Assembly: GCF_021028975.2 (NCBI RefSeq)
Contig: NC_059434.1
Coordinates: 70,494,001-70,558,000 of the forward strand
Length of the DNA: 64,000 nucleotides
Source: Sphaerodactylus townsendi
Lineage: Eukaryota
Direction: 5' to 3'
Under the pieces are notes generated by a model, which was not told the origin of the DNA, made no database searches, and was given only the letters and a program-made list of their open reading frames with translations. How positions within the stretch are numbered: position 1 is the first letter of the stretch; each line of letters begins with the position of its first letter. Position numbers and translations under genes: made by a program. Positions 62,970 to 64,000 of the stretch are shown piece by piece.

Positions 62970-63187
62970 GCCCTGATCTGGATGGCCCAGGCTAGCCTGA
63001 TCTCATCAGATCTCAGAAGCTAAACAGAGTGGGCCCTGGTAAGTACTTGGATGGGAGACCACCGAGGAATACCAAGGTTGCTATACAGAGGAAGGCAATG
63101 GCAAACCTCCTCTGAATGTCTCTTGCCATGAAAACTCTACTTGGTTGCCAAAAGTCAGTTGCAGTTTGATGGCACTTTACACACACG
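62970..63187 (+). mobile_element. 5S rRNA-derived SINE, best-preserved copy
   Basis: GCCTGATCTCATCAGATCTCAGAAGCTAAACAG..GGGCCCTGGTAAGTACTTGGATGGGAGACC..GGAATACC (5S A box, IE, C box) plus a GGCAATGGCAAACC tail ending (AC)n. Confidence 0.85.
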
Positions 63188-64000
63188 ACACTGTATGTTC
63201 CAGGATACTTAGGCTTATCGCCATGACATTCTGTTCACAAGTTGCAAACACTGCTGCAAAGTGCCTTATGTAACCACAGGGTAGAAGAAGCTTTTCATAA
63301 ATCATTGCCAGAGGAATTGAGTAGGCTATGCTGTGCTATGGAACTCCACGTAGTATGTAGTCTAATTTGTTTGTTGCTTGCTATTATGTTGTTCAGCCTC
63401 TTTTTCTAATGCAAAGTTAATGAATACACAACACTTTGGCGTATTAAGGAGAAGTTAAAGAACATGTGTGGGAAAATGAATAAACATAAATTCTCCACTG
63501 AGAGAGGATGGGAACATAATAGAAACTCTGTGAACCCCTCCCACACACATCACAATAGAAACCGTTGTGGGCCAACAAAGAAATTGAAATTAAACAGGAA
63601 AAGAAATGAACAGAATTTCTTCTGAAAGAAATGGAAGAACTGTGTATAATTAAAGATAATCATCTGCTGACAGGGAGGGAGGAGGCGTAGGTAATGTACT
63701 ATTTGTTTTTTTTGTCTTGAGAATCAATAAACGCTTAACTTGCAGTTGTGTGTTCCCATTGACATGAGTAGGTGTGTGCCATTACTTAGTGGTTTGGGTC
63801 AATGGCACCCAAGCCATCATTCTACTTGCAACTCCCATAAGTCTAACATTGTGATCCTAAGCAGAGCTAGATCCTTTCACATTTACTGGAATCAACGAGC
63901 AGAGAAATCCGTAACTTAGCTGAGAACTGCATTATAAGTTACCTGCTGTGAAGGGCTGTCAAAGGCCACTACAGATCTACAGGCAAAAATTCCCTTTGGG

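Noticed and set aside
62990-63085. Functional 5S rRNA gene
   Set aside because: The 5' end diverges, there is no oligo-T terminator, and it runs into a SINE tail shared with dispersed copies.

Overview
This is eukaryotic non-coding DNA from a vertebrate, almost certainly a squamate reptile and probably a gecko (inferred from its SINE families). I found no host protein-coding exon I can support, so it reads as a large intron or gene desert. It is dense in transposable elements: tRNA-derived (Squam3-like), Sauria-like and 5S-rRNA-derived SINEs; 3-bp-TSD (PIF/Harbinger-type) and 8-bp-TSD (hAT-type) MITEs; solo LTRs; and fragments of Rex1/Babar, Penelope, CR1, RTE and L2 elements. It also holds a decayed 7SK snRNA copy, microsatellites and a 219-N gap. 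The most notable signals are: (1) four Penelope-derived terminal repeats carrying a minimal hammerhead-ribozyme motif, two of them as tiny inverted-repeat units (one with a 9-bp TSD); (2) a nested Penelope/Rex1/LTR stack in which Rex1 landed at the hammerhead core; (3) three short local duplications of nearby DNA, one an inverted copy pasted into a 5S-SINE; (4) an internally deleted 7SK copy. All family names come from recalled consensus motifs, not from database searches.
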